From assembly GCF_052425735.1 (NCBI RefSeq), contig NC_135759.1:3162001-3226000 (forward strand): a stretch of DNA of 64,000 bases, written 5' to 3'. Both the position numbers and the translations under genes were made by a program. Positions 51,719 through 64,000 of the stretch are shown piece by piece (the stretch's first letter is position 1; each line of letters starts with the position of its first letter). This DNA comes from Oculina patagonica. Taxonomy: Eukaryota. A model generated the notes under the pieces. It ran no database searches and was not told the origin of the DNA. It saw only the letters and a list, made by a program, of their open reading frames with translations.

Positions 51719-53712
51719 GATAGCCTGAAATTCATACGTCTTCCTCTAGGCGCGCGATTGCGAGAAGCGACTCTCTCCCTAGAAGTCTCTTCTTGGGAGC
51801 ATGCAACCAGATCTAGAGGAAGATGTCTGAAATTTAGGGTATTTCTTAGGGTGAAAAGTTTAATTGAAAGATTGAACTTTTATATGCTGAGTTACGACTT
51901 TATATCGGCTTTGAATAAACCTCATTCATAAGGGTGCATTTCTAATTTCAGTATACTAGAGTTCACTTAATTTGATATGAAGCTCTCTTTTGGGAGCTCT
52001 CTTAGCTCTGAAACGAGTTTAAAACTCGTAAAAGAGAAATTACCATCCAAAAATATGCTTTATTCAATCAGTGAAAAGCTGTTGTCTTCCCAGGCAACTT
52101 TATTTGGTTCACGCGAATTGGGCCCTTGCTTGTCACTGGTTTGAGTTTTGATGGATTCCGTGTGCTATTTTTTGACGTAGCGAATAGCTTTGAGATAACG
52201 TTATTTTAATGACAGTCAGTTGATGACAGTTAAGATATTAAATTGACTGAATAAATAATAAATAAATGAGGTGAAACAGTTTGTTTAAAATAACAAACAC
52301 TATAAAGTACCTTTGTTATAATTTACTTACAAATGAGCATTAATAAATTGCTTTGTACTTGTAAAACGTCGCACTTTAGATTTGTTCTGGGTGGCTTATA
52401 ATATATGCGTTTCCTCTATAACTTTTTTCCGTAAGGCTTTTTATTGATACAGCAGGACGCAGTTGGACGACTATGAATAAAGACTCCCTATCTTAGCTCC
52501 TCCTGCTCCTTCCCCTTCCTTTTCCCTTACATTTTTTCTTCGCTTACTGGAAGATAGAGATTAGTCGAGCAACGTGGTCAGTGCTGGGAACTAAACAGAG
52601 GCACAACAATGGGCGGTGCCCCCAGGCTCAAGCAACGAGAGTTTAAAGTTCAAATATAACAGCATGCCGGACAATGATGGTAAAACGACAAATATATGTC
52701 AAGCCTGAGGGAGAATGTGTTTGCAGACGGACTCGACCGCCCACTGTATTTTGTGAATAGCGCGTCTTGGCAACGCAGGCTACGGCGTTAACTTGGGGAT
52801 GTGTAACTGTGCCTGGAGACGTCGTGTGTCTGTTGCACGTAAAGCAGCAAATTAATAGATGGACAAAGCCAGAAGGCGCCTAGCAAAGCAGGTTTCTTAC
52901 ATTCACCATGTCATTTTAATAATTTAAAGGAGAACGCATTAGAAGTGAAAACTCGGGATGTTTTGAAGGCTATAGCTAGCTGAAAGCCTCCACTGTACCA
53001 TGGCCATGCGACACAATTTAGCTGGCGAGGTCCTAAATGAAGGCACGTCCCAAGTGCAGGAGATAAATATAGGATTTGACTAGGCTTTTAATAAGAAGGG
53101 CTAGCGAGCTAAGGCTGACCTTCAAGATAAAATCCTCTACAACTGACCTTACCCTAGCAATCCGTGCCATAATTCCTTTGGACACTCATTTCAACAACTA
53201 TAACGTGACATTCCGTTGCGAATTTTCAGAAGTGGAGAACCCCCTTCCCCCAAAACCAGTGTTGCAAAATAGACGGAAACTGAAGGCTTTGTTTTTTCAA
53301 GGTACACAACATTGTAATTGGGCAGGGGGTAATTGTTGATTTTTTTTTTGGCCTGTTTCAACTGTAAAAAACGGCAAGTGTCCCAAGAATTGTGGCGTGG
53401 ATTGTAGCTCGTTCCAGACGTTCCGGCTGGAGTTAGTTCGGAGTAACGCAAATACGGGATATTAAGTGTGATCACAGGCGACAGGAAAAAGGTGCCAAGG
53501 AGTTTGGGGGATGGAGGCACTGCATCTCACGTTTGTCTTTTCTTTTCTTTTTCTTTCTTTTTTTTTTTTTTTTTCAACTCAACGTTCCTCAACTGCCGCC
53601 AAGCACTTGGCGGGAACACGACACGCCGTGGTCAAAATGATCGCCGTGTATCCTGGGTAAAGCACGACCGCTATAGCTCAGCGGTTTTTCGCTAAAGATT
53701 AGAATATCCATC

Positions 53713-56173
53713 ATGGCGGACAACGAGACGCGCACGATTGAGAACAAAAATCTCATTTCTTGTTGCAAATGTACCCTGGATTACGTTAGCGTTGCGTGCA
53801 ATAGGACGCCTTTGTGTGTGGACTGGGGAAGGAATGGCTGGGTAGCTTACGGCGCTTGTTATTCTGTTGCTTTGTATCGTCCAAAGGTAGGTTCGAAAGT
53901 TGTCAACTCCGATTCGAATTCGAGCTTATTTTTTCCACGTGTAAATCAAAAGATCGGCTAATTCTGTTAGTATTTGAAAACAATTATTTACTTTTTGGTT
54001 AAATTGAAGTGTAGCAGCTTACGAATGCTTTCAATCACGGAGTGCGTTGACATTTAAATTGTGCTAAAAAAATCCGCCATTTTGTACATTTGCGTACAAG
54101 CTTACTTAAGCTTTAATACTGTATGAAAAAAGCAGTTAAATTTTTTGTAGAATTTGATTTCTAAACAGTTAAAGTCTGTAAAATCGAGCAAATGTGGAAG
54201 AAGTTTTTCCCAGGATAATGTTATTTACAATGCATAAGAATAAATTTTTAGCCAGACCGAGTTTCTGTGTTTATTTTTTTTAGAGAACTAAATGTGGCTC
54301 ATTTGGGAGTGTAGAGCTTATTTTAAATGGACACAAAGATAGAGTGAATTGTGTTAAATGGATTCCTCGGCCAGAGTTTGGTAAGTGTGCACATGGATAA
54401 GAATTACTAGAAAACATTAAGGATGTTATTGAACAGAAATTGCTACATGTATACAATCAATCAATCAACCAACCAGTCAATCAATCAATCGATTGATCAA
54501 TCAATCAATCAATCAAGAATAATAATGCAGTTACAGTTTTTTCTTTATTTCAGAGGAGGAAAATGAATTAGTTTCAGGTTCAACTGATAAATCAGTAATT
54601 GTTTGGCAGAAGAAAGCTGGTCAAGAATGTAGAGTAAGCTACACATATTTTACAATAAACTTAATTAACAATTCTTGAACGAGGTTGAGCAAAATATTGT
54701 AATTTTATAGGCCGTTATTTGCAGATCATGTGGTGGGCTCTCAGTCTTTGAAAAAGAAGAAAAAATGCATTAAAATATAATGATAATGAGTAATATTTGG
54801 TACAGTGATGTACTGGCTATTCCCGATCTAACTGGCTCATCTCACCAACACTACTGCGCCACTCTAGCCAGTTTCTTGAGTGTAAACGATTACATGTAGG
54901 GGTGTTGCTTGTCTATCAAATGCTGCTCATTGCAATTAACTTGAGCTTGTACCAATTTTCCCACATGAGTGAAGAGCACCATAATTTGTAAGAGTGATGT
55001 GGGTCGCCCTGTAAATATGCAATACAAGGACAAATAAAGAAAAGGCCTACAAATTCAAGTATTTATTTAGCCAATAATTATTGGCAAGACATTGAGCTTA
55101 CAAGTACCTTATTACATGAAATTTTCGCGACACTTTAATTTCGCGAATTTCGCGATTCCAAAAAAAATCACGAAATTAAAGTGACGCGAATAATAAGTGT
55201 CACGAACATAAGATGATGCGAAAATTAAGTGACTCATATAATAAGTTTAGTGCCATTGAAGGAAGAAATTATCAATCTAAATGGATGTTGTCGTCAATTG
55301 ACTCAAGAACAATAACTCATGCACTTACAAGCATAACCTCCTCGTAAACATTAACTGCTCTGTTGTATCTATTGCGCGCCATAGTTTTTATTTTATAGGT
55401 GCCTCGATTTTTAATTCTTTACCTTTGAATTTAAGAAACATTAATTCTAGACTTTTATTTAGGAAAGCGTTGGACGATTTTTACTTGTAATATTTTATTG
55501 TTGTTTTTTAAGGTTTTTAACTTAGTGCATGATCCGCTTTTTACACAATTTTCATTGTATATTATATAATTAGTAATTTTAGTAATTTTTAATTTTTAAT
55601 CAGCAGGACCCCGTTTATAACCGTACGCATGTACTGAAGGGCTATCCTGGATAAACATTCAATTGTTATTATTATTATTATTATTGCTGAGATTTAGTCT
55701 CAACCTTGCTTTTTTGTTAATTTTGACGTTATTTTTTCATCAATGAAGTCATTTTTAAAGGGAATGTAAATTGTGTCTTACTCAAAAACGCGAAATTAAA
55801 GTGATTCAAAATAAAAATTTTTTCGCAAAATCACGAAATTTAAGTGTCGCGAAATATGCGCACCTCAAAATCGCGAAATTAACGTGTCGCGAAAATTTCA
55901 TGTAATAAGGTAGTACATGTCTAGATATTTTGTTTCAAAAATCCATGTAGTACTCAGGCACTACATCCAGTAAACCAAGCTTTGTTACATAAAATTTATA
56001 TGTTTTGCACTTCTAGTGGGAAGTTTCCTCTATCCTTGAGGGTCACCAGGAAGCAGTGAATTCTGTGGCTGCTGTTACCATCCCAGTATCCAATGATGGA
56101 AGAACAAGAACAGTCATAGTCTCTGCATCTGCAGATTCAACAGTCAGGATATGGGACCGTAGAGGACCAGAAG
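53713..56173 (+). CDS. ELP2: Elongator complex protein 2, 5' fragment only (exons 53713-53886, 54284-54380, 54554-54633, 56017-56173), truncated by the duplication junction
   Basis: Spliced frame (phases 0,1,0,1): ...VACNRTPLCVDWGRNGWVAYGACYSVALYRPK-RTKCGSFGSVELILNGHKDRVNCVKWIPRPEF-EEENELVSGSTDKSVIVWQKK...-WEVSSILEGHQEAVNSV...VIVSASADSTVRIWDRRGPE. This matches the ELP2 N-terminal WD40 repeats as I recall them (human LNGHTARVNCIQW, ELVSGGSD, LIVSAAADSAVRLW). Confidence 0.88.
54455..54516. repeat. (CAAT)n microsatellite in ELP2 intron 2
   Basis: Directly visible. Confidence 0.9.
55105..55912. mobile_element. TA-flanked MITE in ELP2 intron 3, apparently carrying an internal retroelement-tail fragment
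   Basis: TIRs ta|ccttattacatgaaattttcgcgacac / gtgtcgcgaaaatttcatgtaataagg|ta; internal (TTA)n run at ~55666-55685. Confidence 0.75.
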
Positions 56174-56736
56174 GTAAGATCTAACAGATGGCATACATTC
56201 ATTCATGCTAGGGATTAGGGAGCAGGGGGAGACAGGGGGTAGGAACCTGGGAGAGAAGGGCTAGAACTCTATCGGAGGTTATAGAATTAGTATTATGCGA
56301 CACTACAGGAAAGTTTTTATTTGATATTTACAACTGCTTTGCGAGCGATTATACGCTTCTATCCTTGATCCGGTTTTGCTCTTTTTCGGCGATCTATTAA
56401 ATAAACAGTCTGTTCCAGGCATTCGGTTAGCTGGCGAAAAACGGCAAGCGAATAATAAGACTCGGGCGTTTTATAATCGGATCGAGAGGCGCGCGGTATC
56501 CCTCGCTTTTTAAAGTCCTTCGAAACCATTGTACCGCTTATGTGCAATTTATGCGCAATAACATATTCTCTCCTGTCTTTTATACGGATGCTTTTACTTT
56601 TCAAACTACACTGTTTATTTTACTTGTATTAATTTCTGTAAATAGGGGGCTCATTTACTTAGAGAAGACGCTCTCGAGCCTTACTCACGTACGGTTCGTT
56701 TGTTACCCGCGCGTGAGGGAACTTTTATGTGATTAA

Positions 56737-56891
56737 TGGTGGATTTCCACTGACGCGTAATTTTTTACGTGCGTAAAAAAATTAGAGACAATGTATGAAC
56801 GGCTTGCGTACACGTTTACGCAGGCCGTTCATACATTGTCTCTAATTTTTTTCACGCACGTAAAAATTTACGCGTCAGTGGAAATCCACCA
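56737..56891. mobile_element. 155 bp hairpin MITE with TAA TSD (PIF/Harbinger-type), specific to unit II
   Basis: taa|tggtggatttccactgacgcgtaa ... ttacgcgtcagtggaaatccacca|taa; empty site atgtaattaactc at ~46000 in unit I. Confidence 0.88.
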
Positions 56892-58112
56892 TAACTCGTG
56901 AAATTATCGTAATATTTCTGTAACCGAGATTTTAAAAATCTAGATGTATATAGAGTAGCTCCGTGTTTTTATTTTGCGAGAGAATGCTGTAAGGAATTAA
57001 GCCGCTCTGTATAACTATAATAATGATAAATGGCACTTAAATAGGTGTTGCATGTCAAAAAATTACTTGTCTTTTGTGGATATACATTATTTTGTATTTC
57101 AAAACATTGTCATTGCTATATTGCTCACAGCGTGTGGTAAAATTTACTTTTTAAAACTAGAATATAAAAAGGAAGAAAGAAATTTAATTTTCTTCCACGG
57201 ATACAAGTTCATAATAATTATTTCTTCAGCTCGGCAAGACGGTCCGGCAATATATAGGATTGGAAAGGAAGGCTAAATGAATTGAGTTAACGTGAAATGT
57301 GCATGATTAATTAGGCATTTAAGTTGGAACGACGATTAAAAACATAAATCGGACTCAAAATGCGTTCACTTTCTATTTCTGAACGAATAAATGCTTTCCG
57401 CATTGTTGTAGTTATTCGAAGACAAGGCCATTATTTAAATCATGGAGACATTTAAAAACATGTGCTCGAAACAATATGGCCGTCATCATATTAACAGGTA
57501 CAATATTACATAAAATATAATTGTTCTTTTGATTCGTTATTCGCCACATTACGGCCATTTCGTTATGAATTATTTTCTCTCACTTAAATATAGCTAGACG
57601 TGTTTGTTTTAACACATTTTTATTGCACTATTAAAGCAATTAGCAAGTAAACATAACGCCAGAAAAAGGTAATTTTCTTTAAAAGCTCATTTATACATCT
57701 CACGAAAATTTGCGTTTTTATTATTCTGCGCTGAGGTCACAAGGGTTCCAATTACACGTAAAGGGAATGTTTATAAACAAAAGCGCTCATGTACAAAGTT
57801 CTTAACATCGACATGAGAGCTTTAGCTAGTGGGAGAACAAAAAACTTTAATTTTAAAGGTGCATAACTATTGACAATAACGAGAATAAACACTAGGATGT
57901 TTCAAATAAAGAGAATATTGTTATTTAATAGTTCCCCCGTGACTATATCCTGAGTTGCTAGACAATGGAAAACTTGCGCGTAAAAATGTGGCATAGAAAT
58001 GGGGTAAAGAGAGATAATGTGTCTATAGCCTCGTCAACGCCAAACGCGTTTAACTCTTTCACACGCATCGCGCTAAATATCGCACGTCTTTACAAGTTAT
58101 TACACGGTGAAC

Positions 58113-61100
58113 ATGCAACCCGGCGAAAGATCTCCTCCTTTGAAATCAGTCGGCGACAACTTAACAACGTGTCCTTGTAACGCCTGTTTTCAAAGAAAAG
58201 ATTTAAACAACGAGGCTATGTTAACGCAACATAGAGAGTTTTACAACCAGAACCGCCTTATCGGATTTGGCCCTCAGATGACCATGTTGCCTTTTGCACC
58301 GATTCCAAGTTCGCCAGCCGGCCTATATGCGACTCACAGCCTACAAAGACCGAGCTATCCCAGAGAGATGTTCGCCTCAGCCGCAGAAGGCCGATTCAGT
58401 TTGGGTCACGGCGTACAAGACATGCCCAAGCGAAGTGCGCTTCATGAGGGACATTTAGTTCAAAGCCAAGTTTTACAGCGGAGCCCTGACCCACCCGGGA
58501 GATTCTGGCAACAACAGCCCAGCCGTAAGTAATTAACAGTAACTTATAAATTCGTTTAATTCCTCGCGAGTTAGAGCAGGGAAACCTTTATTCACTCGTT
58601 TGGGAGATTTGAAGTGGTTGAAGTGAAAGTTTTGCATTTGCTACCAGCGCGCTCAATAAAAACGTTGGTATTAATAAAAACCTGTTTGCAATAATTTATC
58701 TCTAGGTTGTTTTTTGCCTTCCAACTCAAGAGTGTATCTTTTTTCTTAAATGCGCCACAAAAATGGCCATTAAGATACCCATTAAGCTTCTGCAGCCTGT
58801 TTAAAGCTATTTAAGATTAAACTCCTGTCGTGTACAAGTAATAATTGGATCTCTTAGACAGAACTTCAGCACCCCTAATTGCCTAATCACCATTCATCAT
58901 TTTATAGTCACGAGATCTAGAAAAGTTCAAATAGAAAATTTCTAGCGTGCATAAGTTTTCAACATTTGAAAACAATATAAACAATTGAAAACAAGATTTA
59001 GCTGTACATTTTTCAATATTTCAAGGCAAATTCTGAAGCCTTGAACACCAAAATGTTTATTTTGATTTTAATTATTTCTGTCAAACGCAGAATTGGCAGT
59101 CTAAACGACGTACAAATGAATACCAATTTGTTTTGTCGTTTGTCAATTAGGAACCTAAAATTGTGACGTTTCAAAAGGTTTATGGACATAAGCTCTTTTT
59201 GTTAAGCTTTTCCGCTACGGAAGACATAATTTTGTTGTTTCAGAGCTTATGTATTCCCATAAAACTTGTTTTGTTTGTGTTTTTGAAAAGAAGAAGAGTT
59301 CAGTCTCATTCCTGCAAGAAATAATGGTTACCGGGGTCTTTGCGCCTAAATTTTCATTATAGCTGATTAAAAGTCTTCGTTCATAAATGATGAAAACACA
59401 ATTCTAAAAGTAGAGTCTGCGAGGGTATACTTAAAGACATGTATAGCTTAGTAGAAACAAACCTTCGCTTCTATTCTCAATTTTCCCCGTAGGGTTAGTA
59501 TTAAAATCCATTTACATTATTCTTTCTCCGTTGGAAGAATCGAGTTCAATTGCAGTATATGCTTCTTCAACTGCTGAATTTAGTTTGAATGTTTTAATTT
59601 ACCTAAATAGGAATTAGTATAGCCTTCTACTTCTTCCTCGATACATATCAATCATCCTGACTCTAATTACTGATTAGTGGGCATCCTTAAAGCGAGAGAA
59701 CAGGAGATTTCAAGTGTTCAAATTGATGAAACGCGCACTTTCGGTTCACTGTCTGCTCCTATATGCGTTTTCATCGACTCTCGTACACCGTTCATAGAAT
59801 TTGAACCTGTTCTTTTGTTTTGCGTGTGTACGAGACACTTTATACAAACATTCGCTGGCAATGGTAGGAAACTGAAACCTGATACATGTATACTCTCAGC
59901 TTGTTTAACCACAACCTTATAAAACTGAGGAAGTACTCTCTTCTGTTCGCTTCCGCCGCCTTGCTAACGATACAATCATACACGTTCATGTCATGGCGAC
60001 TTGAGAGCAAAAGCGAGACCAAGCGAAACAGCTTGGACGAGGAGGGCGGAGATGTTTAAGGTGTATGTACCACGGTCTGTTAAAAGAAGACGATTCCAAC
60101 TCCCAATCGATCCCTGAAAATCATCAAATTGTTAACCGTCCTACAGTTAAGGATAGATATTCAGAGTTTCGTTTTGATCCGTGAAAATCGAAGGTGCAAA
60201 CTTTTAATATAACTTGCGTGACTCGCATGTATACCATTTCTCTTCTCGTTGGTCATTTATTCATTGGCCCTTCTTGTTACCTTAATAATAATTAAATCAT
60301 CATTCTCGTGTTTAATTTTTAGGTAGTGAAGTTATGCTTTTTATTTTGAACACATTACATTATTATTAGATCAAACAAAACCTGAATTTTAATCGATTCA
60401 TTAAGTTGCGGGAAGCCCTGGTTTGGGTTAGTCGAAAATAAACAATCACTCCGAGTCGCAGATCGAGAAATAGGTGGCCAGAATAAATTAACGCTCTCAT
60501 CGCCAACCAACATCCGTTGCCACCGACTTACTTCGCGCCTTCTCGTCCCTTGTCAGATCTGCTTTAGTTTTCTTGACAGCCGAGTTTTCGCTCGCTTGGA
60601 AGGCATAAAAATTCAACTCTTAGCTCGTTTAACGGCACGCAATTTTATGATGAAACATGCGATGGCTTTAATATTATGTCAAAGACAAAGGCATCGGGCG
60701 GTCTTCGGAAGGCGTTCGGAGATGATCATTGTTGACGTTGCAACAACACTCGAAAATATCGGAAGTCTTCGGGCGATCTTCGGCAGTCTTCGGATCATCT
60801 CCAGAAACCTTGCGTTATAAGTCTTTTGGTTTACTTTAGGATCTTTCGTAGAAATTTAAGTTGCCCTTGACGAACACAAAAAATAAATGAAAGCTGCTCT
60901 TTGCCTTACCCAACAGAATAAAATTATTTTGCCTTCTATTGTGATCAGAAATAAATAAAATAATAGCTAATTTAAATTCATTTTAATTTTAGGTGCAGGT
61001 CCACACGAAAAACCACGCCGCATGCGCACTGTGTTCTCTCCTCAGCAGCTCGAGAGACTGGAGCGACACTTTAAGAGTCAGCAGTATGTTGGCAGTGCTC

Positions 61101-61231
61101 AGCGGATTTACATCGCATCACAGCTTGGCCTCTCAGAGACACAAGTCAAAGTTTGGTTTCAGAATCGGAGAATTAGATGGAGAAAGCAAGTACTTGGCAA
61201 TACAGCGGCGAAACCTCAGGAAGAGTCATAA
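58113..61231 (+). CDS. ANTP-class Not-like homeobox protein, family 2 copy II; exons 58113-58524 and 60993-61231 (216 aa)
   Basis: Same structure as copy I and identical homeodomain exon; the first ATG of copy I is GTG here (58107), so the start is placed at the next in-frame ATG (MQPG). Confidence 0.88.
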
Positions 61232-64000
61232 ACTGAATTAAATGAATAACATCTTTTTTGATAGTTAGCAGGCCAAGCAGACTATCAATGGATATGACTT
61301 AAACAGTTAAGATATATAAATCAAATGATGAGAGAAAGCAAGCTAACTTATTTTACTAGAGGGAAAGAAAATTGCAAAGCCGTTTTGAACTAGCTAAAAA
61401 TTAACATAAACCACGGCTTTTTACGGTTATTTCTGAGATGGATACTCTGAAATATGGCTGGACACCTTGTCACTTTTATATGTAAAACATAATGCAATTC
61501 TACACTCGGCAGTTATCTAGAATATTTTAAGCTACAGTTAACCAATGATTCAAGAATTTGTAAGCATTCAGTGACTGGTTGGAATACACTATTGGCTATT
61601 TACCTCTAAAATTTCCGTTTTAAGCAGCTAGTCCCCTCGATGGTGTAGTTTTTACGCAATTTGCTCATGACGCCTGAGGAATTTATAACTTAGTAGAATT
61701 TATTGGAGACAAAAAGTGTTTGATCAAATTGTGGGTACCTATATAGCTATTCTGGTAAAAACCCATTTTTCTCTCTAATATGCCTTGTGAGTGCACTCAT
61801 CTTCAAGTCAACGATGTGAAAAAAAATTCAAAAGTACGTTTTATTCAGAGATCTTTATTCTAAATATAGTGCTCTATAAGCCTGGGACAAATTGAAGAAA
61901 AGTGCAGTGAAAGTATTTTAAGTTGCCGTGAAATTTCAAGGTTAAAACTTTAATGAAACGCACGTTTTTTTATAAAATAGTTTTAAGATAATATGAAGAA
62001 TTAATTCCTATTTAAGTGAAAGTACTAAAGTACTCTTTTTAAGTGGTGCGAAATATGTTTAGGTAGACTCAAAGAGTCCGAAAGACATAGTTGTTATATT
62101 TATTCATCAGCACTCCGTTGAATATTTTTGCATTTTGCTTAGCAATATGAAGTGTATTAAAACTAGACAACCAACGCAGGTTGATTTTAACTTTTGACAT
62201 TGAAAAGGAGGAAAGGGTTTCGATTAAGTCGTCTTTATGACGTAATATGTACTTAATATAATATATAACATTTTAACTTTTTTTTTCTCTAACGCTTTCT
62301 AACATTGTCTATTTTTGACAATTACAGCCGCCAGCTTCTTATGGTAACAGTTGTTGGTGTCACTAAAAACGTTAATTTCTTTTTTCTTAGAGCAGTTTTC
62401 AATTGAGTGTCGTAAAACCAAAACCAAAGTAATTACTCTGGCCAATCACAAACGACACAGAAAATCCCAGTGAGCCAATAAAAACTCGAAGAAAATACAT
62501 GTAACTGGCACGAAGCGCGGGAAAACGTGCGCGAGCGAGTCACGATTGGTTTTGGTTTTAGTTCTGATTGGCTGAGAAAGTGGCGCGAGATTTTTAAGCC
62601 AATCACTAAGCGTAGTAATGCAAAACCAAAGCAAACGCAATTTACATTCGACACTCAAGCGAAAACCGCTCTAGATAGCCTGAACTTCATACGTCTTCCT
62701 CTAGGCGCGCGATTGCGAGAAGCGACTCTCTCCCTAGAAGTCTCTTCTTGGGAGCATGCAACCAGATCTAGAGGAAGATGTCTGAAATTTAGGGTATTTC
62801 TTAGGGTGAAAAGTTTAATTGAAAGATTGAACTTTTATATGCTGAGTTACGACTTTATATCGGCTTTGAATAAACCTCATTCATAAGGGTGCATTTCTAA
62901 TTTCAGTATACTAGAGTTCACTTAATTTGATTTGAAGCTCTCTTTTGGGAGCTCTCTTAGCTCTGAAACGAGTTTAAAACTCGTAAAAGAGAAATTACCA
63001 GCCAAAAATATGCTTTATTCAATCAGTGAAAAGCTGTTGTCTTCCCAGGCAACTTTATTTGGTTCACGCGAATTGGGCCCTTGCTTGTCACTGGTTTGAG
63101 TTTTGATGGATTCCGTGTGCTATTTTTTGACGTAGCGAATAGCTTTGAGATAACGTTATTTTAATGACAGTCAGTTGATGACAGTTAAGATATTAAATTG
63201 ACTGAATAAATAATAAATAAATGAGGTGAAACAGTTTGTTTAAAATAACAAACACTATAAAGTACCTTTGTTATAATTTACTTACAAATGAGCATTAATA
63301 AATTGCTTTGTACTTGTAAAACGTCGCACTTCAGATTTGTTCTGGGTGGCTTATAATATATGCGTTTCCTCTATAACTTTTTTCCGTAAGGCTTTTTATT
63401 GATACAGCAGGACGCAGTTGGACGACTATGAATAAAGACTCCCTATCTTAGCTCCTCCTGCTCCTTCCCCTTCCTTTTCCCTTACATTTTTTCTTCGCTT
63501 ACTGGAAGATAGAGATTAGTCGAGCAACGTGGTCAGTGCTGGGAACTAAACAGAGGCACAACAATGGGCGGTGCCCCCAGGCTCAAGCAACGAGAGTTTA
63601 AAGTTCAAATATAACAGCATGCCGGACAATGATGGTAAAACGACAAATATATGTCAAGCCTGAGGGAGAATGTGTTTGCAGACGGACTCGACCGCCCACT
63701 GTATTTTGTGAATAGCGCGTCTTGGCAACGCAGGCTACGGCGTTAACTTGGGGATGTGTAACTGTGCCTGGAGACGTCGTGTGTCTGTTGCACGTAAAGC
63801 AGCAAATTAATAGATGGACAAATCCAGAAGGCGCCTAGCAAAGCAGGTTTCTTACATTCACCATGTCATTTTAATAATTTAAAGGAGAACGCATTAGAAG
63901 TGAAAACTCGGGATGTTTTGAAGGCTATAGCTAGCTGAAAGCCTCCACTGTACCATGGCCATGCGACACAATTTAGCTGGCGAGGTCCTAAATGAAGGCG

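Larger units (their letters stand above)
45551..56289 (+). repeat. Young tandem duplication unit I (homeobox family 2 + ELP2 5' end)
   Basis: gtattatgcgacactacagg at 45551 recurs at 56290; collinear near-identity continues to the window end (offset ~10.74 kb rising to ~10.96 kb). Confidence 0.9.
56290..64000 (+). repeat. Young tandem duplication unit II (runs off the window)
   Basis: Matches 45551-~53045; identical or near-identical ORFs are duplicated in the track. Confidence 0.9.

Noticed and set aside
52600-52860. Cys-rich coding-like stretch upstream of ELP2 (MMVKRQIYVKPEGECVCRRTRPPTVFCE*)
   Set aside because: Stops in all frames, no splice structure and no identifiable family; at most a decayed fragment.

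Overview
Eukaryotic, intron-containing, AT-rich animal DNA, most likely an anthozoan (stony coral); the taxon is inferred from the repeat families and gene content and is not proven. There is one assembly gap (6276-6410). The window is built mostly from gene pairs. (1) Two diverged minus-strand paralogs of an uncharacterised Cys/Trp domain gene (1.7-2.8 kb and 19.0-20.7 kb) bracket (2) a tandem pair of two-coding-exon class A GPCR genes. (3) A ~5 kb tandem duplication carries a Not-like ANTP homeobox gene (27.0-29.8 and 31.6-34.9 kb). (4) A very young ~10.7-11 kb tandem duplication carries a second Not-like homeobox gene (47.2-50.3 and 58.1-61.2 kb), and its junction falls inside intron 4 of ELP2. 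That junction leaves an orphan ELP2 5' fragment (exons 1-4, WD40 repeats) whose last donor is phase-compatible with the downstream homeobox exon, predicting a possible in-frame WD40-homeodomain chimera. Between the homeobox pairs lie a 5.4 kb TTAA-flanked element with ~1.2 kb inverted arms (one arm hit by a solo LTR) and a LINE remnant with a degenerate 2A-like motif. Many MITEs, RTE-type LINE fragments, a tRNA-derived SINE and microsatellites are scattered throughout. All gene models were spliced by eye with GT-AG and phase checks; no database searches were run.
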